A stretch of 64,000 bases of DNA from Mobula hypostoma (taxonomy: Eukaryota). Below are positions 1 to 11,640 of this stretch, in pieces (position 1 is the first letter of the stretch; each line of letters starts with the position of its first letter). Both the position numbers and the translations under genes were made by a program. The stretch is taken from positions 18,664,001 to 18,728,000 of the forward strand of contig NC_086118.1 of assembly GCF_963921235.1 (NCBI RefSeq), written 5' to 3'. Under the pieces are notes generated by a model. It saw nothing but the letters and a program-made list of their open reading frames with translations, did not search any database and had not been told where the DNA came from.

Positions 1-318
1 GTTGTGGATAGTGTGGAGGGTTGTCAGAGGTTATAGTGGGACATTGATAGGATGCAAAAATAGACTGAGAAGTGGCAGATGGAGTTCAATCCAGATAAGT
101 GTGAGGTAGTTCGTTTTGGTAGGTCAAATATGATGACAGAATATAGTATGAATGGTAAGATTTTTGGCAGTGTGGAAGACCAGAAGGATCTTGGGGTCTA
201 AGTCCATTGGACACCCAAGGCTGCTGTGGTTAAGAAAGCATACGGTGCTTTGGCCTTCATCAATCGTGGGATTGAGTTTAGGAGCCAAGAGATAATGTTG
301 CAGCTATAGAGGACCCTC
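1..318 (+). mobile_element. CR1-clade LINE, internal RT fragment (degenerate, runs off the window start)
   Basis: Translates as ...WQMEFNPDKCEVVRFGRSN..., followed by DLGV and LQLYRTL motifs typical of the CR1 ORF2 C-terminal region; in-frame stops present. Confidence 0.9.
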
Positions 319-2384
319 AAAAATGAGTGCAATTCAATATCTAGATGCATATCTTGGTAGCAGTTGCTGCACCAGTTCTTTCAATCACATGCAGTGCTGG
401 TGTGATCTTGCGTGGCGGGTCGTTGCACTCTAATTGCGTAGTATTACACCAGCTGCTGGTGGACCATCAGAAGCAGTAGGTATCAGAAGGAGGCAGTGAA
501 CAGAAAACACACACTTCTGGAGGTAAATTTTATTTATAAAAAATAGCAATATATAGAAAATATTTACATGAGTAAGAACAATTAAAAATTCTGACATTCT
601 GCTTTAGGTTCCAAATCTTAGATCTCAAATGAAAACCAAATTACATTTTAGTTAGAATGAATGGAATTCATTAAATTAACCTGTTTTCAAATTCAAATTC
701 AACCACCTCCACCACAATGTATCTATTTATACAGCTTAACTCCTTTTATGACAAATTATCCGATGTCACAGCTTTTAAACAAAGTAAATCTGATCATCAC
801 TCATCAAAGTCCTTGCAAAAATGATCAGTTCTTCTAGAAAATCAAATTCAGATCCTTCGACTGAGAAATACAATTACACATCCAACCGTATTAAATCCTC
901 TACGTCTTGAAGCATTCTGTTCTTGAGCTGGTTCTTCGACCTTGGGTGACTCACTATCTTGTTTCTTGGTTCATTGGTTGAAATGGTGAAGAAAACCTGA
1001 TCAAATCCTTTGGTATGGCTTAACGGAACATGGTAGAGGTCTTGGACCCCAGTCTCTGCCGATATCGTCTCACTGTAGCTGGTACTCGTTATAGCTGTAG
1101 CTTCAATAAATCTTTTATCAATATCATCTCTCCTCCAGGAGTTTATATCTTTTGTTAGTTTCTATAGTTTGCTGCATTTCTGTCACCAAGTTTCATGTCC
1201 TCTCTTCTCTGGCATTACATCTCATTCTCACAAGTTCTTTTTTGAAAACTGAAAATGAAGCCTCGCTTTCATCCCTCCACAGGTGGAGTTTTCTAACATT
1301 ACGTCTTTGAGTTTAATTAACCAAGGTTATTACACACAGTATACAGTATACTGTATCTTGAGTGTTGTTCTTCAAGGTTAAAGGATAGTGCCTGACCAGT
1401 TATTCATTCATCATTATTCATTCCTTAACAGGAAGAGCACTGTCGCTCTGCTGTAGACGATGAAGTGGTAGTCTTGTTTCTATTTACTAGAAGTGTATAC
1501 TCACATGAAGTGCAACACCATGAAAACACAATATATTTTCCCATCTATTAAATGCACAATGCATAATAAGCACAAGTGAAATTGCTCTAGACCCTCTGTT
1601 AAGCCTAATTTCCGTTTATCCTTTCATGACATTTGGCCATCACCCAGTGTCTCCTGCAAATCACTACACTGCATGCTTTTTTAAAGGTTACAATTCAAAA
1701 ATAGTCCTGATTCTAAGCCTATGTGGTGCTGATACAAACACTAGAGGCATATCCTTATTAAGAAGTTACATTTCATTATTTGTTTGAGAGGATATATCTC
1801 AATTTCTCTTGAATTTATATTTGTAATCAGTGTTTAGTTGCTTTAAAATAGGTTTTTTTTTTAATCAGCAGGGCATATGATATGCAAGTTGACTTTAGTT
1901 TGGATATATAGACAAGTAATGACTTCATAATGTTGTCTGCAGAGACAGGAAAATTCATTTTTATCATCTAAACAGAATTATGACCTTTCCTCTCATCAGA
2001 ATGACTATTTCTTTTGGTAGGAGGTATCGAGTGGAATCTAACCATTGAAGGTTGGGATTCTTTTGAAGCAAACAAAAAAGAAACTGAAGTCATAGTCAAA
2101 TTCTGATGCTTGTAGCAGCAAAGGACAAAAATTGTTTTCTGATTTATTCTAATGAACCATGACTTGTTCAGCCATTGTTCTGCTTATTGAAAACATTTTC
2201 ACATTAAATTATGTCCATGCACAGAGTGATATTACTCATCAATTTGAAAGCAACAGTTTGCTGAATTATAATAATGTAGTTTTTCTTATCTTATTTAAAT
2301 AATAACTCAGCATAATGTTACTTCCTGTTTTCAAAATAGTTGATACATTGACAATTTTTTCTCCAGATCTGGCTGCGCACTTTG

Positions 2385-2512
2385 GAGTCCTGAAAAAGGG
2401 TCTCGGCCCAAAACATGGGCTGTTTATTCACTTCCATAGATGCTGCATGACCTGCTGAGTTCCTCCAACATTTTGTGTGTATTGCTTTGGATTTCCAGCA
2501 TCTTGTGTTTCT
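2385..2512 (+). mobile_element. Penelope-like element terminal-repeat fragment with decayed hammerhead motif
   Basis: gtcctgaaaaagggtctcggcccaaaac...atagatgctgcatgacctgctgagttcctccaacattttgtgtgt; matches the repeat attached to the GIY-YIG region at 53243-54060. Confidence 0.85.
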
Positions 2513-2539
2513 TATCTTGATAAGGTTCTGTAAGGTTGT

Positions 2540-3100
2540 TATAGCCAGGGGTGATAATAGGGACAAGCTCCCATTACCTAATAAATGCTCCCAATGTCGT
2601 GCACCTCAGATAGCCTCTGACAACCAAGTCCAGCTCCTACTACTAAGCCCAGTTGAACTGTTTCTACTGACAGGACAAGGGGCAAAGGCGGGTTACTGGC
2701 ACCTTAAAACCAGTTGCTTTGGGCAGATTGGGCTCATGAGTCATGGTTGGCAGCTCAGCTAGGAAAAGGAAAACCCTGATATCAAACCTCTGCTGCCTTG
2801 CGTCTATATCTACTCATTAGGAAGGCTTTGGAGTAAATCCCGAGCCAGAGTAAAATTCCGGAGCTGGAGTCCTATATTTAGTTCAATGCTGACTGGCAAT
2901 TCCTGCAACACTGCTGGTACCAAACTGTATTGGTGTCTGCCGTTCCTTTGGGTTAATCTGATGCATAGAGAGGGGGAGCTTGCCACATGGGCAACAGCTT
3001 GTTCTCCATATCGTTCTGCCCAGGCTTGCATATCTAGACAGCTAGGACACAATATCCATGGTCAACTCTGACCAACGGAGACCCTCACCTCACTCATCAC
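2540..3100 (+). mobile_element. Non-autonomous RTE-related retroposon, copy 1
   Basis: Colinear with 12870-13390 (shared ctctgacaacca, ggagctggagtccc, gttcaatgctgactggca, atccatggtc...gaccaacggag); ends in a (CACT)-like tail. The RTE link is inferred from the ggaaaaggaaaaccctgat motif. Confidence 0.6.
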
Positions 3101-3859
3101 ATATCTTTATAAAACTGAATCGCAATTTCCAAATGTCAGTGTTCTGCAAAATGACTGATGAAGGACTTGATTAAACAAGCATTTACTTTTAGAATATACT
3201 GTACATGGAATGGTAAGTTCTCTGTTTAAACCCAGCACTTTATTTGCAGCCATGACCACTTCATGATAAATTTGTACTAGAAAACTGAAGAATTGACTGA
3301 AAACTATCAGAAACTGAGGCAGCTTTATGGGGGAGAGAGAAAATTAGATTTTGCTGGATAAAGGAAGAGCAAAAAGTAGCATTTTGGGAATGCAGAGAGA
3401 AATATCTTCGAGTTGACTTATCTCAATGTTCATGCTGGGACTTTTCCAGTTACTCCTCTGCTACAGAGCTAGAATCAACCGAAATCAACATTAGCATCTT
3501 CAGCTCTGTCATCTGTGCTTGTGGGAAAGGGTGGCCTGCCATTTGGCATAGAAGAAGCTATTGACAAAGGACTTTAAGTTGCCTACTGCAGTTGTCAGCG
3601 TTGACAAAGCAACAATGCATATGATGAAATTTTGAGGAAGAGCAGTAGTTTTAAACTATTCACTAAGCCTGGTGACCCACTCCTATCAAACCAACTGGGT
3701 ATTCTAGATCAATATCCTTACCTTTGATGCAGACAATAAGCTTTCTTTCTGAATTCTCAATAAAATGATGGCATGGTATAAGTTGTGACTCCCATCATCA
3801 GTTCTTTACAGAGTGGTATCTCTGAAATCCCTTATCAATCCATAACTTCAATATGACTA

Positions 3860-4828
3860 CACCTACTCTACTTGCTTTATACTTATGGCTATGTGGATAA
3901 GCAATGCCCTAATGCCATATTTACGTTTGCCGATGACGCCACTGTCATTTGCCGGATCAAAGGCAGTGACTAATTAGCATATAGGAAGGAGATCGAAAAC
4001 CTGGCTGAGTGGTGTCCCAACAACAGGAGGAAACTGGAGGTCCATGAGCCAGTCCTCATCAGAGGATAAGAGGTGAAGACGGTCAGTAACTTTAAATACC
4101 TCTGTGTTATCATTTCAGAGAATCTGTTCTGGGGCCAGCACATAAGTGCTATAATGAAGAAAGCATGGTCGTGCCTTTACTTTATTAGAAGTTTGCAGAG
4201 ATTCAGCATGTTATCTAAAATTTTGACTAATTTCTACAGATGTGTACTAGAGAGTGTATTGACTGATTGCAACAAGGCCCGGTATAGAAATACCAATGCC
4301 CTTGTATGGAAACCCCTACAAAAATTAATGGCCCAGTTCATCACAGGTAAAACTGTCCCCACCAGTGAGCACACTTACATGGAGTGCTGTCGCAGGAAAG
4401 CAGTATCGGCCATCAAGATCTGCCAGAATCCAGGCCATGCTCTTTTCTTGCTGGTTCGATTAGGATGAAAGTACAGGTGTGTTACTACCCACACTACCAG
4501 GTTCAGGAACAGTTATTACCCCTCAGCCATCAGGCTACTGAACGAGAAGGAATGACTTCACTTAACTTCACTCAACTTCCCTCGCTTCATCACTGAAATT
4601 TTACGTAAACTCAATATTTATTGCTTATTTTTTTCTCTTTCTTTTTGTATTTACACAGCTTGGTTTTTTTTTTGCACATTGGTTGTTTGTCTGTCCTGTT
4701 GGACGCAGTCTTCCATTGATTCTATTGTGTTTCTTGGATTTATTGTGATTACCCATAAGAAAATGAATCTCAGGTTTGTATATGGTGACATATATACATT
4801 TTGATAATAAATTTACTTTGGACTTTAA
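3860..4828 (+). mobile_element. Rex1/Babar-type LINE, 5'-truncated (RT FADD to C-terminal region and 3' UTR)
   Basis: tttgccgatgac (FADD); ORF 4073-4468 VSNFKYLCVIISENLFW...LYFIRSLQRF...FYRCVLESVL; 3' UTR ends aataaatttactttggacttt. Confidence 0.88.
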
Positions 4829-7648
4829 AAATAAGTAGGTGAAAATTCTTAGAATGGATATCCAGTATAATTTTGGTGAGTTCACTCTGATCGAAAACAC
4901 ACCTTTTGCTGGCTTTAATATCCAGCACCACCTTGATACCCTACCATATCTCTTCCCTCCTCCCTCATTCCCATTCATTCCTCCACCCACCCTCTTCCAA
5001 CCTCCAATATCTTTTCCTCCTCCAAACCCTCTTCCCTCAACTTCCCATCCCCAGCAGTAGTTTCTGTGCATATCTCGAGATGTTCCCAGAATAATCCCAA
5101 AATTAAATTCATCCATCCTAAATTAGGCCTCATGTTTTCTATGCCTAACAAGAAAATGCAAATAAGGACCTCATATAAAGGAGGAGGAGAGGATATAATT
5201 AAGCACTGAGCAAAGTCACTAAATTATTTGATTAAAATATCTCATCAGAAGAGTTCCTTGAATTAAATTTAGTCACGTGATATACAGATGCAATGCATCA
5301 GTTTCCCGTACTATTTACATGTAAGGATGATTTAATAAATGCATGTTCCTGGCAGATGTGGGCTCCCCATTGAGGATGTAGGTTTGTAAAATTATCTCTA
5401 AGGCCTTATTCATTTCAAGGCAGACAGAAATTTATGTGAAGTAGCTTGTATTTGCATCAGTCAAAAAAAGTTTGCTGCATTCCCTTTCTAATGCTTTTAA
5501 ACTATTCCCGATCACCTAAAGAATTTGCTGTGACTTTGAAATGATTTATTGTATTGCATCATATGCAGTGAATTTATCTCATTTATGTGCAAGCGTATCT
5601 ATTACAAAATAAATCTTGCAGAGAAGGGACTGATTTACTTGCTTGCTGTGTATAGATGCACTGGCATTGAGGCTGTGGTTATATTTGTGACTGCACTTGC
5701 TGAAAATTTCAGTCTCTTGAGGACATGTGAGTAATTCTTTGTTTAATTTACAATGCCATTTGTGGCATATTTAGCCGGGGGTTGGAGCTAGGGAGGCGGG
5801 GAAGGGGGTGCCTCAGGAGATATTGGCGATGCTTAATTGAATATTGTTAATTATTTCTTCTGCTTATAAGGGTTTTGATTTCATAGAACAAGCAGTGAAA
5901 TCCATGAATGTGCAGTTCATAACATATTGGCTGAATTAGGCTGTCATTTTGAATCTCTGAGAAAGGCCTTAGCAAAGCATTCGATTGTTACATGATTTTA
6001 AAGTAATCAAATTCAAAAAAAAAGATATGCAAGTAAAGGACTCAAGATTTCTTAATTCTTAAGTTCAATTGATTATCTAATGACGAGACACCTATTTTAT
6101 GTGCAATATCTCATGACTAGACATCTATCTTACATGTAATGTTTTGGGTTCAAGCAGCTTAACACTGTTACATATAAATGCTTTCTCCTGAGGTGAAATT
6201 AAGCATGGCATGATCTGTCTGGATGACTTGTGTAACAAAAGCGTTTCACTGTATCTTAGTACACATGACAGCAATAAACCAATACTATATCCAGGGTAAA
6301 CTAAACTTCTTTGTGAAAGGTGAGTGATGCCTTGTCTACCACATTGACTCTATTTAGGATACTGAGTCTCTGGTACTTGAACACATGCAGTAGCTTCAAG
6401 CTCTTGACATTCTTCATTGCCCATAGGGAATTATAGAGGTTTCTCAGTCTAATCAACTATTTACAGCTTATTAAATTGTTTACATATGCTATTTTCACAG
6501 AGAAGCCCCTTGAATCATTTTATCATTAAATTAGATAAATGCAGATTTCATTGTGGGGATATTAGATTTAGTTGGGAGGCAGGGTTATCTGCAATTATTC
6601 AGGGATGACAATACTTGACAGAATAACTTGGAAAAATTACATTTAAGGTTGTTTTTTTTTCAACTAATGACGTTCATGGTTTATAAAATTATGATATAGA
6701 TTCCAAATGTTAAGATCTGTATGGACATTTATTTGAACTGAAATAGGAACACCATCTCCAAATGACTCATGTAATCACGCCGCACTAAAACAGGTCTGTC
6801 AGCCCATCCCATACATGAGGACCATCAAATAATAGATCCTCTAGTCCCACTGCCCAGCACTTCTGTGGCTTGGTAATTCAAGAGCTTCTCCAGAAGTTCC
6901 TTAAGAAAATAATTGTTAGTTTATTGTTGGAAATGCTGTGACCAACTGGAATTCTAAATCTGTATGATAACCAGCCAATGTGTTACAACTTCAAACAAGA
7001 TCTGTGTTTGGTAACAAGGCCTGGATTCACACAGCAGAAAAAGAAGCTGCTGGACGATCACGCCTGTGCTGGCACTTTGAAGGAGCTATCCAATTAGTCA
7101 AACACCATTGCATTTTCCCTGCAGCTCTGGAAATATTTCCTTTACAGCCAATTAATTCTTGAAAGTTAGAAAGAAGTTTGTTTCCACCATCTTTTCAGGC
7201 TGTGCTTTCCAAATTAGAAGGTGAAAAGAAGGACTCTTTCCATGCATCATATCATTCTGAGAATTGATCATCTTTGGCACAAAGGCAAATGAGTGCACTT
7301 GCATGCTGTCATTGCATATACTTGCTTAAACAAATTGGAAGTCATTACCCTGGTCTGCCCTGACTGGCAAATTGCCTGAGCCAGCCAATCACTCAGTCTT
7401 GAACCTCAAGTATGCACGAAGTGTGCCTCTGGGTACATTGCCGCTCCATCAAGCCACCTTGTAGGTAAGTCCCTGTGAGGCGCAGGTGTGTTTTGTTTGA
7501 GTGTGCCGTGCCTCACTGCTACATATGTTTTGGGAGCCAGGGGTTAAGCATTTCCCTGGGATGAATTCACTGCCACTTCTCTTTTCAGGGTATCTGATGC
7601 TCCCAGGTAGGTTCCCAAATAATCTTTTTAATTTATTAAAGAATTAAG

Positions 7649-8028
7649 TGTTATGGTATGCACTTAACCATGCCAGCCTCCGGGGTTTAGATGTTCTGAT
7701 TCTCCAGAGTATGGATAGCTGGTACGGTCCCTTTAAAGATTCTGGCCTGCTCTGCTAATTAGCAGCCATGTTTTGGTGTCAAGGTTTGGATACTTAAAGA
7801 GCACCTGAACTCAGGTTCGGGGCTCAACCGTCGGTTCAACTTTGGTTCAGTCTGTGATTCTGTTTAGGATTTCTGTCTCATTTGGATTCTCATCTAGTCT
7901 CGCTAGGTTCTCGTCTGGCATCTAGTCAAGAACCCTGTTCTCATCTCAGTCTTGAAACCGTGTCTCGATCCGAGTCTCCAGTACTTGGGTCCTTACCATC
8001 CTCACCTAGACCTCTCATCGCATTAACA
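7649..8028 (+). mobile_element. Candidate solo LTR
   Basis: TGTTA...TAACA inverted termini, about 380 bp, with a ttgggtcc motif near the 3' end as in Gypsy-type LTRs; no TSD found. Confidence 0.4.
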
Positions 8029-9289
8029 AACCAGTGAGAAAGAACCAAAGCAATTAAATATATTGAAATTGATTCAATGAAAATAAAAATTACTTCCCTG
8101 CAGTGAATTCTGTGGAAATTACATTTTTCTACTGGACTTAATCAGTAATCCAGCATCGGACAACTTTAGTTTCAAGAATAATGATTAGCTGTTTGGAAGT
8201 TTGAGTCTTTAAACTTAGCTCGAGACCCTGGAAGTTCTGCCTAGTTATTTGGGAAAAATTTATCAGCTCCAAGTGGAATTGATGCTTTTTAAATAGAAGA
8301 ACTAGTCATAAAGTCCTAAGGACCGCTGAGCAATGGCAAAACATTTTAAAGCAGGTGTTTTCCAATTTGTTCCATGAAGCTTAACTACATTCATTCAAGT
8401 TCTTAACATTTATCAACGTAATTCAACATTAAATTAATCTATTAATTGTAGAACTTTACCACAGAAGATTGGGCCTGTATACTCTGTAGCTGAGAGGAAT
8501 TGGTGGTGAATTATAAACTATTAAGAGGAGTTGTGATAGCAGATGCTACTAGGCTTCTTTCCTGAAAGAACAACCTGGAGCCTTTCTCTTTCATTGTCTC
8601 AGGATATGAGAAACAAAACCCCTCCATCAGGGTGAAACCCTTTGATACTCCCCATGGCAGATGGATAGAGAGCTGGACTATAGCCAGAGGATGTAATTTA
8701 AGCACCAAGGTAGTCAACCAAAGACTTCAAAATGGTAGAGCGTTCAAGAAAAATTTCACAGTTTACTGCCTCTCCTATTCCCTGTTTCTTCTAAAATATC
8801 CTTAAGTACATTGCATATGGCAAAGATTCTATTTGAAAGTTAACTTGGAAAAAATATTTATATCCTCAATTTGCAATGTTTTGAGATATAATCGATATGA
8901 TACAACAATATTCACTGTACAAACGCAATGAAAATATTATTTCATCATTTGATGGAAGGACAGAAATTTTGTCAAAAGGATCCAGGAAAGGACTGTCCAA
9001 GAAATTAGATAGTTTCCATAGAATAAATGGCCAAATGGTCAGATGGATTTCTATGTGAACAGTTGTTAGCTATTTAGATCTCTTGCCAACAGGACTGCTG
9101 GTCACATGCTCTAAATACTTTGTGGGAGTTGTAACAATACGAAATTCTGAGTTAGTCAATATCTCTTAACTGTTATTAAAGCTGAGATTTACCATTATGA
9201 TAAAAATGATAAGATGAAATTCTATTTCATGCATGACATAAATGCAGGTTACTCAGGAGATTGAAAAGGAACATAATACGTTGTTACAT

Positions 9290-10001
9290 ACACCTGTTAG
9301 GGTGCATTCTCCAGTTACCTTATAAGGTAACCGTAGCCTTCAGCCAGGAGCAGATGTCATCAGGTGGTTCCCAACCTTCACCGAGTGTTTCGACCCTTAA
9401 CCACGACACTCTCCAGTTGGTGGGCTGGCAGTGGTGGCCAAATCACTGCCCATCTGCTCCTGGCTTCCAGCTTCCCTCCTCTCGCCTACTCCAAATCCAA
9501 CAAGAGGCTCGTTCTGCCTCTTCCCTCATCCTACTAGCTGCTTGTTTTTCACTCCTTTCGTCCAGGCCCAGATCTGACAACAACCGCCATGCTGATTTGG
9601 CTGGGAAACCTCTGCAGCCGATCTCCACAGGGAACAACCATGCCTGCCATCCCTTGTCTTTACACTCCTGCACTAAGGGCTGGTACTTCAAGGCCTTTCT
9701 CTCGTGGGCCTCTTCCCATCCCTCCTCCCACGGCACAGTCAGCTCAACCAGAATTATTTTCTTGTATTCGCTCGGTTGACCACAGTACAATGTCTGGGTG
9801 TAGGGTTGTGTGCACCACATCCGGGAACTGCAACCTCCTTCCCACATCGACCCTCATCTCCCAGGACCTGGCCATTAGCAGCAGATTAGGCTTTGGTTGT
9901 TTGGTTATGAAAGGCCTAACTCCCTCTTTGATGAAGGTGATGCCCTTCCTCATATCTGTGCCAGCCGTCCTCTTCTTGCATCTCTCCAGCTCTATCACTT
10001 T
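9290..10001 (-). mobile_element. R2-group (Hero-like) non-LTR retrotransposon, 5'-truncated: restriction-like endonuclease domain and 3' UTR
   Basis: ORFs 9744-9998 and 9443-9847 join across one frameshift near 9770 to give LHPDIVLWS...KKIILVELTVPWEE...HERKALKY...PVEIGCRGF, the RLE signature of Hero elements; stop codon at 9445-9443. Confidence 0.9.
9357..9411 (-). ncRNA. Candidate non-circularly permuted hammerhead-like ribozyme in the Hero 3' UTR
   Basis: Minus-strand RNA GAGUGU-C-GUGGUU-AA-GGGUC-GAA-ACACUC-(13 nt)-AACCAC-CUGAUGA. Stem III GAGUGU/ACACUC and stem I GUGGUU/AACCAC are perfect; core CUGAUGA, GAAA and UC are all present; stem II is weak. Confidence 0.65.
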
Positions 10002-11522
10002 ATCCTGGATAATATAAATGCCGGTTTTGCTATGTTCTCCCTTTCATTCCAACCCATGTTAAATGCAAAGCTGGTATCCTTCCCAATAACATCTATCATA
10101 TACCAGCCTGGATTTTGCTGTAGAAACAATCAGTTGAGCTCTCAGTGCTCACTTTATTAACAGCATTTTGATGTAAATGTGAAGATCTGAACAAGTATTG
10201 TCACATTTGTCCTGTTTCTCTAGAAGCTCAACCACATGGCTGTTCTTCTCATTCAAACATACAGAAAAGTCAAAAATAACTTCACCTTCATGAAAGGTGG
10301 TCTTTATCTGCCTGAGAAAGTTAGTAACTTTTCATGGGATAGATCCTAATTACTTCTAAATAATCTTTTTGTCAACTGAAAACTGACATTTCTAAATGTA
10401 GGCTCATACACTAGGAGTTGCAAAGTTTGGTAAACTACCAGCTTAACAAGTATCCTTTCTTATTATTTCTCTCTGTATAACTTTATTGTTGTTGTTTCGA
10501 TCCTTCTCTCTCTCTCTTTCTTCCTCTCAGTACATGATTTGTTTCTAAATTCGGTATTATGACATGATTTAGACTCTACCTTCGTCGGTAATAATTTTTC
10601 AAAGTGGTTAAGGACCCATCAGTGTTTGTCTTGTTCACATCGGTTCCTGTGCACTATACACAGTACAGTACTTACCTTGGATTTGTAACAGCTACAGGTT
10701 TCACAGAAAGTCTACAGGCAACTGTAACGAATTAGTGACTGACTACAGAATTTAGATCTTTGTTCTATAGTTAAAATACCGTAACTGTAATAGAGCTTAA
10801 AATCACAAAACAAATTTCATCATGCAATTCAGCAACTTAGACTTTAATGATATAGTATTCAGGCTGCCTTCCTTTTGGATTTTAACTGCTCTTTTGCTTA
10901 ATTTTCTGCTTTGTGGCTTATTTATTATTTTCAACAGCAGTACAGATCCTGCACTTTTTTCTTGACCTTCAAACATGAAGATCCAGTTTGAGGGCTATCA
11001 AGGAACCAAGTTCAAGAGCCATCACTGGGAAAGTATCATGCGTAGTTAAATGCTGAAATCTGGATGAAGATCTGCATCGTCAGGATTAATAAAGTGGCAG
11101 GAACTGCACGACATAAAACATTGAACATCCAGAGGACTCCTGCAGCACATGAATGTGGCTATTGGCATTCAAAACCATGCTCGTCAGTAATAGTCCACCA
11201 CGTGATGTGTGTTTGGCTGCTAAAAGTGCAAACGGGAATATGCTCTACTATCCCACCTCGCCCTTCCACTCTTCATATGTATTCAACACTTGGATATTCC
11301 ACACACCCTTACATGCAAAAAACAGAAAGGAAAATGCTTTAATTTTTATGAAGAACATGCAGCATAGTTTAAGGAAGATGGTACTCATTATACGTATGTT
11401 GCGAGCTTCACAATTCTTGCACTGATCAGTGATAGATTGTAGATTATTTGTTCAACCTTTCTATGTGTATGCTGTAAAATGTATAGGTTGCATTTTTGAG
11501 CTTACAGTTGACACGAATAGCA

Positions 11523-11640
11523 TTAGAACATAGAACATTACAACATATTACATACCCTTCACCCTGTGATGTTGTGCGGACTTTTTAATCTACTCTAAAA
11601 TTATTCTATCCTTTCCCTCCCACATAGCCCTCTCATTTTC
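11523..11640 (-). mobile_element. CR1 3' end fragment
   Basis: tagaacatagaacat tail, the reverse complement of the ttctatgttcta tail on the plus-strand copy at 22435-22450, followed by CR1 3' UTR-like sequence. Confidence 0.65.

Noticed and set aside
4625..5116. 163-aa ORF and a proline-rich ORF
   Set aside because: They run across a Rex1 3' UTR and a CT-rich low-complexity tract; no protein motifs.
9261..10017. Plus-strand ORFs of 172 aa and 142 aa
   Set aside because: Antisense shadows of the minus-strand Hero endonuclease region.
10500..10720. Strong polypyrimidine/AG acceptor at 10530 and a minus-strand GTAAGT donor near 10676
   Set aside because: All frames after the acceptor close quickly and no coherent exon can be built.
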